Positions 10,355-19,434 of a stretch of DNA of 64,000 nucleotides are shown piece after piece (positions within the stretch are counted from its first letter, which is position 1; each line of letters starts with the position of its first letter). Origin of the DNA: a virus (lineage: Duplodnaviria > Heunggongvirae > Uroviricota > Caudoviricetes > Crassvirales); the IMG/VR virus record IMGVR_UViG_3300027816_000067, positions 8,322-72,321 of that record. One strand, written 5' to 3'. The translations under genes were made by a program, and so were the position numbers. The notes beneath the pieces were generated by a model. That model searched no databases. It was given only the letters and a program-made list of their open reading frames with translations, and had not been told where the DNA came from.

Positions 10355-12391
10355 TTATCTAAAATGCCGTCTATTAAAGAAGTTAGAAGGTTCTTGTGAA
10401 TTATGAGAACTAGGACTTATATCTTTATAAGCCAGTTCTTTCTGATAATAGGCCAAAATACGGAGTGCAGAAATTCGGTCAAAGTTACCACCCTCTACAC
10501 GATATTGATGTATTTCTTGTAAAGTAGATGGACATCTTATGGTATGAATGTTTAAAATTGAATTACCGTTTTCATCAGCACCTCTTGGAGTAATTAACCA
10601 GTCATTGAGATATTTATTACCTTTATGCATACGTAGGTTTTCTTTACCACTACCAATATGCATACCAAACTGACGTCTCACTTTGCTTCTTGGAATGTCA
10701 GCATCGAAAGCTAACTCAAATTCATCAGATAGCCAATCCAATAGTTTAAACCTCTTTGCGTATCCAATAACATCACCACGATCATTTTCAAATCCTATTT
10801 TAGCATTATAATATCTAGCTAAGTCAAATAATACTTTATTGTAATCATCTGTTGTTTTTGGTCTACCAAAATAAGTAGCAACAATTCTATCTCCAGGTGG
10901 TATTAATTTATTAGGTTGCATATAAACATAAGCAGCACCAATAGACTCACTATCTGTACTACTATCAAAGGCGTATGGATCATGTGCAATAATATAAAGA
11001 TCATCAGGAACTCTACCATTTACTTTAAAAGGAGCAGTATATTGAACAACACAACCATCAAGATTTTCTTTAATATTATGAGGATACTTATCTATAGGTT
11101 TTACTTTATCACTATAACTAAACTCGTATTTCCCATTAACATTTGTAATAATTCCTGGTACTCCTAGTTTATGTAAACCAAGATTAATTACACGATGGTA
11201 CCATTCTAATGCTTCGTTTGCAGGTAAAACAGTATGAGTATTTTTTAGAATAGCTTCTTGTGGTACGTATGGATGTTCTGATTTAATTTGAATTAATGCA
11301 TTACCGTCAGGTGATTTAGAAGCAGATTCTCTTTCTTTATCAAAGTGTTGTTTAGCTTCTTTTTCTAAACTGTTACCGTTAAGATCTTTAAACTCTACAT
11401 TTCTATAAGCAGGAGTAAAATAAGCACAGGTAGTTCCTTTTAAACCTTCATCATAATCATTATTATAAGCTCTAACATTATACGCTTCAGGAGCATAAAA
11501 CATTTTCTCCATAGCACCAAATTTAGCAGAATTAGAACCACCAGTACCAAATGCCCAGATAAGACCATAAGTAACACCACCCTGTTCCATAGAAGAGCGC
11601 ATTACATTAAATACTGTATCTGCTTGAGGAGCAGCACCATATTCTTCAAAAAGAACTAATCTACCTCGTTTACCACGAACCTTATCAATATCATCTTTAT
11701 AACTTACTCCCATTACTTCACTCATATACCCTCTTTCCTCACTATCTACATTAGTGGAGGCTCTAAAGTGCATATCATTAATATCTTTTTTATAGTCAGA
11801 AGGCTTACCAAACGCAGTTAAATATCTACGCTCATCTGGGTGCTGACTATTAATAAAGCTTCTATAAGACAGAAACTTAGTAAATAAACCATCACCTAGT
11901 AAAAATTCAGTAGTATAAGCTACCATATAAGATTTACTACTAGGATATAAAAAGAAATTTTTTGCAGCTTTACTTGCTCCTTTAAATGAAGCACCAACAC
12001 CGCGAGGTTTCAACCATATAAAATGTTGACCATTAATTTCTGCTAACTCTATTTCATTCCAAACATTATAATCTTCATCCCAAAAATCAGGAAATCCTGC
12101 GAGACGTTCACCACGAACTCTATTACTTTTAACTTTATCTTTAAAGATAGTTCCATAAGTAGCTTCTAAATCTACTTTCTGGACTTTCATAATAGGACTA
12201 TAATTTAAATACCAGTAATGATCTCCAGTAATTCGCATACCAGAAACCTCATAACCATTTAGTACTCTTTCTCTTTCTCTATCCCAGTATTCATGATATT
12301 CATAACTATCATAAACACCATCAGAGTATCTTTTATACTTTTCGTAATAAAGAGCAGCTTCTCTAAAATATTGTGTATTTACACTAATCAT
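10355..12391 (-). CDS. terL: Terminase large subunit (ATPase + nuclease)
   Basis: 678 aa. N-terminal P-loop-like LKPRGVGASFKGAS with a downstream hydrophobic-DE (VLFEEYG) Walker-B-like segment. C-terminal YIIAHDPY acidic motif consistent with an RNaseH-fold terminase nuclease. Sits at the head of the packaging/structural operon. Confidence 0.6.
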   Translation of the reverse strand: MISVNTQYFREAALYYEKYKRYSDGVYDSYEYHEYWDRERERVLNGYEVSGMRITGDHYWYLNYSPIMKVQKVDLEATYGTIFKDKVKSNRVRGERLAGFPDFWDEDYNVWNEIELAEINGQHFIWLKPRGVGASFKGASKAAKNFFLYPSSKSYMVAYTTEFLLGDGLFTKFLSYRSFINSQHPDERRYLTAFGKPSDYKKDINDMHFRASTNVDSEERGYMSEVMGVSYKDDIDKVRGKRGRLVLFEEYGAAPQADTVFNVMRSSMEQGGVTYGLIWAFGTGGSNSAKFGAMEKMFYAPEAYNVRAYNNDYDEGLKGTTCAYFTPAYRNVEFKDLNGNSLEKEAKQHFDKERESASKSPDGNALIQIKSEHPYVPQEAILKNTHTVLPANEALEWYHRVINLGLHKLGVPGIITNVNGKYEFSYSDKVKPIDKYPHNIKENLDGCVVQYTAPFKVNGRVPDDLYIIAHDPYAFDSSTDSESIGAAYVYMQPNKLIPPGDRIVATYFGRPKTTDDYNKVLFDLARYYNAKIGFENDRGDVIGYAKRFKLLDWLSDEFELAFDADIPRSKVRRQFGMHIGSGKENLRMHKGNKYLNDWLITPRGADENGNSILNIHTIRCPSTLQEIHQYRVEGGNFDRISALRILAYYQKELAYKDISPSSHNSQEPSNFFNRRHFR

Positions 12392-12945
12392 TAATTAGGC
12401 ATTTCAAATTTATTGAGACCTCTTCCTTTACGTCCTTTAGCTAAAGCTTCTTGTTCTCTTTCTAAAGTAGCCTCAGCTTTCTTTAAATTATCAATAGTTT
12501 TAGGTATTCTATCTAAAACATCAAGAAATTCATTAATATCTCTTGCTTGACCTAAAACAGCACTACGCATTTGTGTATTAGCTTGTTTTATATATTCATT
12601 AAGTCCTGCAATACTTTCTTTAATAAGTTTAACTGTCTCAACAGCAGGAGTCCACTGTGTTTGATAATAAGCTTCTACACAATCTAATACAACTTGATCT
12701 GGTTGCCAATCTTCTGGTAAACCAATAAGCTTTTTATACTTATCTTCATCTTCTTTTGTTGTAATAAACTTTGCTTTATAATAAACATAAGCAAGTTCTC
12801 TTAAATTAAAAACTTTTTCTCTACCATCAGAATCTCCTTCAATCTTTCTTAATCTCCTCATCAATTCTCTATAAGGATTAAGCGCAAGAAGTTCCGGATT
12901 AGCTTTAACTAATCTAGTTTTTTCATCCTGAATAAATAATTCCAT
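12391..12945 (-). CDS. Hypothetical protein (possible small terminase subunit by position)
   Basis: 184-aa ORF whose stop overlaps the terL start; no motif support. Confidence 0.35.
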   Translation of the reverse strand: MELFIQDEKTRLVKANPELLALNPYRELMRRLRKIEGDSDGREKVFNLRELAYVYYKAKFITTKEDEDKYKKLIGLPEDWQPDQVVLDCVEAYYQTQWTPAVETVKLIKESIAGLNEYIKQANTQMRSAVLGQARDINEFLDVLDRIPKTIDNLKKAEATLEREQEALAKGRKGRGLNKFEMPN

Positions 12946-13163
12946 TATTCTAAATTAAGAGCTTCCCTTCGTTCTTTTAATGCATTATTATAACTTAATT
13001 TACCAAAAAGATCCATCTTAATAGATGCAGGAGATTTCTCTTCAATAATAATATTAACAGCTTTATAATAAGCTGTCATTATATCAATTACTGTGTTCTT
13101 GTTTACTCCTGTTTCTTTTTCTGTATTAAGTATTACTTCTGCTATAGTGTTATCTATTATCAT
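12945..13163 (-). CDS. Hypothetical small protein
   Basis: 72-aa ORF coupled by ATGA overlap to the downstream gene. Confidence 0.35.
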   Translation of the reverse strand: MIIDNTIAEVILNTEKETGVNKNTVIDIMTAYYKAVNIIIEEKSPASIKMDLFGKLSYNNALKERREALNLE

Positions 13164-13342
13164 AGATTTGAATTACTATTCTGTAAGAGTCTAGTGATTG
13201 ATTAAAACAAATAATGGTATTAAAATCTACATTATTCTCCCGTAGTTCTTTCTCTGCATGATCTAGGAACCAAAGGACTTCAGTATATGTTCTGCGATAC
13301 TTATTAATAGTAGTCATACCATTTAGTTTCGCGCAATGAAAT

Positions 13343-13369
13343 AAAAAAAGGTAGCCTTTTCAAGCTACC
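13343..13369 (-). terminator. Intrinsic terminator (minus strand)
   Basis: On the minus strand, hairpin GGTAGC..GCTACC followed by a T7 run, immediately after the stop of gene 13398..13865. Confidence 0.5.
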
Positions 13370-13397
13370 TTAATTATTAACAGTAAATAAAATAAAA

Positions 13398-13865
13398 CTA
13401 CTGATTATCTCTAATTCTACCTAATTCAAAACCTAACCAAATCTTAGCTTCTGTAGCATATTGAAAAGCACTAGTAGTATAGATATTACCATACTTACTC
13501 CATGAATAGCTTTCCTTTATATGAACAATATGTTGAATAAGTCTTTGTAGAGTAATATCTATTGATTCAATATTATTGATACTTTTACGTATTCCATCAT
13601 TTTGATTAGGAGTAGGTTCACCTAGTTCTCCAATGACTGCCCACATTGTTTTTTCTAAATAAGCTTTACACAAACCTAACGCATTTACTGCATTAAGTAC
13701 TTCCAAACTACTAAATTCTTGGTAATCTTTAACTTTTTTATGATCTGCGTCAATATTAATAGTTTTTAATGCTTGTTTTAACTGATATGTTAATTCAGAT
13801 AGATTCTTTAAAAAATTTAAAGCTTCTTCTTTTGTGTACTTTACTTGTTCTGCATTTGTTGTCAT
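13398..13865 (-). CDS. Hypothetical protein
   Basis: 155-aa ORF. Confidence 0.5.
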   Translation of the reverse strand: MTTNAEQVKYTKEEALNFLKNLSELTYQLKQALKTINIDADHKKVKDYQEFSSLEVLNAVNALGLCKAYLEKTMWAVIGELGEPTPNQNDGIRKSINNIESIDITLQRLIQHIVHIKESYSWSKYGNIYTTSAFQYATEAKIWLGFELGRIRDNQ

Positions 13866-13867
13866 AA

Positions 13868-14176
13868 CTATTTTAATTTAATTAATTTATCTTTCTTACA
13901 ATTTAAACACCTTAATTTGGTTTCTTTACTATTCATTACGTGAGTATAAACATCATCACAATGCTCACACCATTGTGAAACCTGTCTATATCCAGCAGTA
14001 CCTTCTTTATAACCTGGTTCAATTTTATGTAATTCATCTTTTAAAGCTTTTGCTTCACTAACAGTTAATTTCTTAGGAATTACATCTAATTGAATTTTTT
14101 TATTAATAGAGATAGAAACCTGTTTTTTAACAGGTTCCTTTTCTTCACTAATTACCAAACTACTAAAGTTTATCAT
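13868..14176 (-). CDS. Zinc-ribbon small protein
   Basis: 102 aa with CxxC...CxxC (CEHC...CLNC). Confidence 0.5.
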   Translation of the reverse strand: MINFSSLVISEEKEPVKKQVSISINKKIQLDVIPKKLTVSEAKALKDELHKIEPGYKEGTAGYRQVSQWCEHCDDVYTHVMNSKETKLRCLNCKKDKLIKLK

Positions 14177-14763
14177 TTTGATCTTTGTATATATTCTTCT
14201 CGATCAATATAAACTCCAAGAATACTTTCCATAGTAATTTCATGAAACTTAATACCATTAAATACTCTTTCTACGTGAGGAGGAAGAGCATTATGATCTA
14301 TTCCACCATATTGACCTCTGGATGTAGGTCTTAGTTGAACAACATCACCTTTTTTTAAATCCGTTACATACGAGCCAGGAACAATTACAATAGCTTTTCT
14401 TCCAAGTGCTGTATTATCTGGTACAAGAATATTACCAATTTTTTGTTCCTCGTAAATAATTTTTACTAGCAACAGTGTTCCAAAAGGGGTATAACCTACT
14501 TTAAAATTTTTAATGCTTTCTGCATCATTAATATCAAAACCAAGTTCTCGTTCTTTATCAGCTAGTTCTATTAATGTTTTACTAGCTCCTTCAAATGCAG
14601 TTTCTGCTGTTTTAATCATATCTTCTTCATCTTTAAATGGTTTTATTGCACCTTGTTTACTATGTAATGCTTTGCGATCAGCTAAATGATTAGCACTTTG
14701 CTTCTTTAAATTAAACTGTAAGTCATTAATCCTTTCTCCTTTTGAATCTAATAAATCACTCAT
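14173..14763 (-). CDS. Hypothetical protein
   Basis: 196-aa ORF overlapping its neighbours by 4 nt. Confidence 0.5.
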   Translation of the reverse strand: MSDLLDSKGERINDLQFNLKKQSANHLADRKALHSKQGAIKPFKDEEDMIKTAETAFEGASKTLIELADKERELGFDINDAESIKNFKVGYTPFGTLLLVKIIYEEQKIGNILVPDNTALGRKAIVIVPGSYVTDLKKGDVVQLRPTSRGQYGGIDHNALPPHVERVFNGIKFHEITMESILGVYIDREEYIQRSK

Positions 14764-14764
14764 A

Positions 14765-15184
14765 TTATTTTGGTATTTTAGTTAAATAATTTTCTTTAAT
14801 TGCTTCTTTATAATAACAAACACCAGTTTTAGGATTTATCCAGCGTTTCTTATTACAATCACACTCACTACATTTTCCTTTTGTTTCTTCTAAACTCTTA
14901 TCTTTAACAATCAAATAACTATTTTGATTACCTAATTCTTTATCTGACTGTTTATCTAAATTATAAAGAACAAAACTCCTATAATTCTGTGCATAATTAT
15001 CTAATGCCCCTTCTATTTCAATACTCTTTAATGCCCAATAATCTGAAAGTATCTTTCTAAATCTACTAGGCGGTACAAGACAATAGAAATAACCTTCTTT
15101 ATTCTCCTTATTGTGGATCAATATACTCTTTAAATCCGCCAGATTGACTTCTAATCTGTTCGACACTCCTAGCTCGTCCATCAT
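14765..15184 (-). CDS. Cys-rich hypothetical protein
   Basis: 139 aa; CSECDC...C near the C-terminus. Confidence 0.45.
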   Translation of the reverse strand: MMDELGVSNRLEVNLADLKSILIHNKENKEGYFYCLVPPSRFRKILSDYWALKSIEIEGALDNYAQNYRSFVLYNLDKQSDKELGNQNSYLIVKDKSLEETKGKCSECDCNKKRWINPKTGVCYYKEAIKENYLTKIPK

Positions 15185-15452
15185 TGTTTATAAATTTATG
15201 AGATACTTTAAAATCACTTTTTAAAAAACTTTTTGTTACAAAATCAACAAACCAATTAAAATCTCTTTTAGTAACTATTTTTAATGTAGTTCGTTGATGT
15301 ATTTTATCATACACATGAAATACATTTATATTAGCTGATTTACTTTTATTTCTGATATCAAAAGGATCGTAACCAATTATAAAGTTTTGTTTAACAATAG
15401 AACCAACCTCTATTGGACTATCTATTATCGTTAATTCATTGAAGTTTATCAT
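15108..15452 (-). CDS. Hypothetical protein
   Basis: 114-aa ORF; partly overlaps the previous ORF, so its real start may be internal. Confidence 0.4.
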   Translation of the reverse strand: MINFNELTIIDSPIEVGSIVKQNFIIGYDPFDIRNKSKSANINVFHVYDKIHQRTTLKIVTKRDFNWFVDFVTKSFLKSDFKVSHKFINNDGRARSVEQIRSQSGGFKEYIDPQ

Positions 15453-15952
15453 ATGTTATCACCTGCGTGTTTAATATATTCATCCAAATCAGTATCATGT
15501 AAAAAATCCTCAATATCGTAGTAAGTACCAATATATACTTCTTTCGCAAAATCAGAATCTACTTTACTACAACCAATCATAATACTTCTGCGTAGAGAAA
15601 GGTATAATTCCATAGCAATATAATAAGCCATACCAGGATAAGGCTTTCTATTATAACTCTCTAATTGAGTACAGTAAGCAAAATTAACACTACATCCTAA
15701 ATACTGTTCCATTTCCTGTTCAATATTCTTCATACGAGCAGAAAGAATAGTTTCTAATACATTACCTGTACTAACACCAGCTTGATTACTTACAACACAA
15801 GGAATATATCCCGCATCAACTAATACCTTTAATTTAGGTAAAAAACCTCCTATAAACTCCCAATCGTTTGCATCTTTAAAATACTGTTCACCACTTTTGG
15901 TTTTAACAACAGTATTATCTAGATTCATAAAAACTGCTTTATTTAACTGCAT
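15449..15952 (-). CDS. HAD-superfamily phosphatase (HAD-IIIA / GmhB- or polynucleotide 3'-phosphatase-like)
   Basis: 167 aa. N-terminal FMNLDNTVV matches HAD motif I (hhhDxDxT); VVSNQAG matches motif II. Confidence 0.55.
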   Translation of the reverse strand: MQLNKAVFMNLDNTVVKTKSGEQYFKDANDWEFIGGFLPKLKVLVDAGYIPCVVSNQAGVSTGNVLETILSARMKNIEQEMEQYLGCSVNFAYCTQLESYNRKPYPGMAYYIAMELYLSLRRSIMIGCSKVDSDFAKEVYIGTYYDIEDFLHDTDLDEYIKHAGDNI

Positions 15953-15953
15953 A

Positions 15954-16298
15954 TTAACTAAATTTTAGTTCGGTTATTAATCCACATTTCTTACACTTTT
16001 TCTTTGTTACAATTTTGTTGACTATATGATCTATACCTTTTCCACATTTCTCACAATCATCTATAATATCTCCGTCATTAGGCCATAGAACAACTTTATT
16101 TCTCAGTCTCCATCCCTCAGCCATATCATCCCAATCGAATATAACAGCTTTATCTTCATCACCCTCTAATAATACAATATGTGTATCACTTTTAGTTTCT
16201 GCATTTACCTTTTCTTTACTAGGTAGATATAAGTACGCTCTTTGTAAATCTTCTATCTCAATCACTGGACAAAGATTCTTCATATAATTCTCTATCAT
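15954..16298 (-). CDS. Zinc-ribbon small protein
   Basis: 114 aa; CEKCGK...CKKCG. Confidence 0.5.
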   Translation of the reverse strand: MIENYMKNLCPVIEIEDLQRAYLYLPSKEKVNAETKSDTHIVLLEGDEDKAVIFDWDDMAEGWRLRNKVVLWPNDGDIIDDCEKCGKGIDHIVNKIVTKKKCKKCGLITELKFS

Positions 16299-16401
16299 AA
16301 TCTTTGCTTATCTAAGAGATTAATTTGATGTGTTCTATTTTTTAAATTATTTAAATTATCTTCTCTTTCTACAAATTTATCTATTAGTCTTATTTTACAT
16401 C

Positions 16402-16683
16402 TCATATACGTACTTTATTAACTAACTTAAAATCAAAAGGACTTCGTATATTCATATCTCTTAAAAATAATTTAAACATATAATCTTGATGTATTTTTAA
16501 AACAATAATACTATCTTCTTTAAATAAATGACTATAATTTGGAATTGCACTACCATAAAAACTAAGACCTTGAAACTTATTATAAATTAAATCTAGTAGT
16601 TTATCATCATATTCAAAAAATCTTTTTGAAAAATATGCTTTTACAACATTATATTGTTCAAAATTAATTGTTTTAACTTCCAT
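16402..16683 (-). CDS. Hypothetical protein
   Basis: 93-aa ORF. Confidence 0.4.
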   Translation of the reverse strand: MEVKTINFEQYNVVKAYFSKRFFEYDDKLLDLIYNKFQGLSFYGSAIPNYSHLFKEDSIIVLKIHQDYMFKLFLRDMNIRSPFDFKLVNKVRI

Positions 16684-16685
16684 AA

Positions 16686-17042
16686 TTAATTATCCATTAA
16701 ATCAATACTCATTTGAGTACCAAATTTACCCATACAATGAATACAAACCTTCTTGTTTCCTACATTAGTAATTTCATGCATACAATTATTAATATTTTGT
16801 GCATGACGATTATTAATTCTTTCTTCTATATTAAAAGCATACTTACGAATAGTTTCACCATATAAAACAGCACCAATATAATCATCAATACTTAATTCAA
16901 GATTAGCATACAATTCCAAATCATCAGTATCTCTCTTACTAATATAAACCATAATTCCACCCTTCTTAGTAAGGCTTTCACCAATGTAAAATCCTCTTTG
17001 ATAGGCTTCTGCTTTTAATGTTAATATTGAAACTTTGTTCAT
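16686..17042 (-). CDS. Hypothetical protein (Cys/His cluster)
   Basis: 118 aa; CMHE...CIHCMGK. Confidence 0.45.
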   Translation of the reverse strand: MNKVSILTLKAEAYQRGFYIGESLTKKGGIMVYISKRDTDDLELYANLELSIDDYIGAVLYGETIRKYAFNIEERINNRHAQNINNCMHEITNVGNKKVCIHCMGKFGTQMSIDLMDN

Positions 17043-17554
17043 AATCGAGTATCTCTAAATTTTCTATAAATCTCATCTCTATTACCAATACATATATAAC
17101 ATAGATTAATCCAGTACATATGATTAACATCACTCTTAAATAACCATTCCTTTTCCAACAATTCCTTTTTACCCAAACTAATACTTGTATCACTTAATCC
17201 TGTATCTTTAAGCAAACTATGATTATACACATATACAAAATCTTCATTATATTTCATTGTCTTAATAATACTACACAACACTTTTTGCGCACTACTACTA
17301 AGATCAATAAATTCATTTAAAGCATCACTATCTAAAAATACCTTAATAAATTTACTATCATCTTGATATACATACTCTCTATCATCAGTAGCTATTTTAG
17401 TCAACTTACCTTCAATCTTACCAATACGAACCTTATTAGTTCTTATAGTCCTTTTAGTTTCTTTAAGTAAATGACCAACTAGTTCTACACTAGGATTATA
17501 TTTGTACTCCCTATCCTTTATACTACTGACCTTTGTTTCTCTAATCATCTCCAT
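17039..17554 (-). CDS. Hypothetical protein (first gene of the minus-strand small-gene operon)
   Basis: 171 aa; adjoins the divergent non-coding hub. Confidence 0.5.
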   Translation of the reverse strand: MEMIRETKVSSIKDREYKYNPSVELVGHLLKETKRTIRTNKVRIGKIEGKLTKIATDDREYVYQDDSKFIKVFLDSDALNEFIDLSSSAQKVLCSIIKTMKYNEDFVYVYNHSLLKDTGLSDTSISLGKKELLEKEWLFKSDVNHMYWINLCYICIGNRDEIYRKFRDTRL

Positions 17555-17978
17555 ATTAAAACCTTATATTCAGCAAATTTAAAAAATCCATTCAGCTTTT
17601 ACAAACAAAATCGCTGAAATCTCCAAAAATCCCTATGGGGTTATATCTACTTCTCTGCTCGATCATTTTTCTTTTTTACTACATACTGTTTTATACACTA
17701 CTACTGTATAAGCTTATAAAAGAAAGATAGTGTTATTGGATTGGAACTACCCACCTGCTCTTTCACAAACTAGTAATACTCCCCCCCCCTACAACAAAAC
17801 ATAGTGTAATAGGAGCAATATGTATGGTAAACTATGTGCGTGGGTACTAGTAGAGCAAATTTTACTATAGATAAAATTATAAAACCACTATGTGCGCGGG
17901 TACCTGCTACCTCAACCACCCGTCAAATACTTGGGGGAAACAGTATCCCCCTATTGTTCAACTTAAACACATAATAAC

Positions 17979-18242
17979 GTGAAAGCATCTGTAATTAAAA
18001 GCACACAAAGCAGCAATGGTGGTTTTGTAACTACTCTTGCAGTAAGCAAATCTGTTCCTGGTCTTGGTACAGTACAGACAAGACGCTACATTAAGACATC
18101 AGAAGCAGCCTTAATTGGTGCTGAATTTGATCTTGATCCTTCAATGTTCCAAGAGATCACGCGCACTGTTGAGCTTGCTGATGAAAATGGTGAAGTTCGT
18201 CAACAGGACATGACTTGGTTGAGTTTGAGAGTAGGTGCGTAA
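17979..18242 (+). CDS. Small hypothetical protein, compositionally atypical (GC-richer than surroundings)
   Basis: 87-aa ORF. Its nucleotide composition is visibly less AT-rich than flanking phage DNA. C-terminus is ...LSLRVGA. Confidence 0.45.
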   Translation: MKASVIKSTQSSNGGFVTTLAVSKSVPGLGTVQTRRYIKTSEAALIGAEFDLDPSMFQEITRTVELADENGEVRQQDMTWLSLRVGA

Positions 18243-19224
18243 GCACCTCTCTTCTCTGTTTCTCATCATGACATAGCATACTATTCATATATAGCATATG
18301 ACACAGCTAACACAAAACCAGATCAAAGAGCAAGTACAACTCAACATTAATAAGATAGAAGCAATGCTACGCGCACCATATTATAATGTAAATGAGCTGT
18401 TGAAACTGCGGAATATGACGAAGATACTTCAAAAACAACTACTGTAATGAAGCATCTTCGCATACTCTTATCCATTAGTGTTATCAGAATTGCTAATTTT
18501 GATATACTAATCATGGATTTACTCATGTTGGTACCTGATACCACAGTTACTTTCACATTTCTTTTCTAACTTACCATTGTTTCACTTTCTAATAATATAA
18601 CCTTATGACTAAATCTTCCGAATATCATTTACCTTCTGATGCATACTGGGTATGCTCTGATAAGTACAACGGATTATCTTCCAAAAGTAAGTATGTAGGC
18701 GCAACGAACCGCGTTTTATCTCGCAACACACAAGTTAGTGTTTTACGAGATAAGTCATCATGTAGTAAAGAATACATACAACGTACTGGTCGTCACAATC
18801 GCGGAAAATGAAAAAACCAGCACGTATTACTAAACAACTAGCTGTATGATACTAGCTATTGCACTTATTGCTACTGTATCAGTACTTATTAATTATCTTT
18901 TTCTTGTAAATACACCTACTGGTAAAGATACAGAAGCGGGTAGTGCTATGTTTCATACATTATTTTTGATTGTTGTATCTACAATAGCTTGGTGGTATAT
19001 TAGTATTGCTATGGGTATTGTATGGTTGTGTTGTTCTTTTCTTATTCTTTTTGCTTATATTATTTACTATACAAGGAAATAATATTAGTTAGTGTTTTTC
19101 ATTAACTAAGACAGATTCTGAATCCTGTCTTGATTGCTGCTCATAGTGAACCATCTATGGCTTTTCTGAAGAGTTACATTGGAGGAATTATCAAAGTGGT
19201 GACAGCTTGGAAAGACAAGCAAAT

Positions 19225-19373
19225 AGTCAGGTGGCGGAATTGGTACGCCATTGTAATATAAATGAGAACAGATTAGGGCCTACTCAAACCAGACCACGCT
19301 ACAGAAATGTAGGTTAGAAATAACAGTCGTGAGACCCTTTATTACAAAACAGGTTCGAATCCTGTCCTGACTA
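19225..19373 (+). ncRNA. tRNA-like element A: Leu-type acceptor/D/T arms with an ~85-nt insertion in the anticodon-arm region
   Basis: 5' AGTCAGG-TG-GCGGAATTGGTACGCC (acceptor + D-arm). 3' ACAGG-TTCGAAT-CCTGT-CCTGACT-A (T-arm plus a perfectly complementary acceptor strand and discriminator A). The intervening segment is closed by a 7-bp helix TTGTAAT/ATTACAA and contains two GAAA-tetraloop hairpins. Total length 149 nt. Confidence 0.55.
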
Positions 19374-19434
19374 CAATGAAGACTGTTACTAATTCATAGG
19401 ACAAGACAAGTAGTAAGCGTAGAATTAGATTTTT

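Noticed and set aside
3348-11167. Short antisense ORFs inside the structural genes (3348..3533 +, 7682..7873 -, 7883..8107 +, 9201..9395 +, 10916..11167 +) and elsewhere (20832..21068 -, 21069..21293 -, 43770..44003 -, 44619..44834 -, 46813..47043 -, 42653..42853 -, 59950..60132 +, 60207..60431 +, 16978..17193 -, 18347..18556 -)
   Set aside because: They lie embedded in or antisense to long, well-supported genes or terminators; AT-rich DNA produces such ORFs by chance; their compositions are typical of non-coding frames.
17900-18260. A second tmRNA-like locus, because the 87-aa ORF ends LSLRVGA, similar to the ssrA tag LRVAA
   Set aside because: There is no tRNA-like acceptor/T-arm pairing (no GGTTCGANTCC-type T-loop, no 5' GGGG/3' complementary strand) on either side. 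I also found no circularly permuted arrangement. Treated as a protein-coding ORF with a coincidental or degron-like tail.
18605-19082. ORFs 18605..18811 (68 aa) and 18846..19082 (78 aa, very hydrophobic) in the non-coding hub
   Set aside because: No ribosome-binding or start context could be judged. The second overlaps a degenerate tRNA T-arm fragment. They might be a real small membrane protein or noise; not enough evidence to call.
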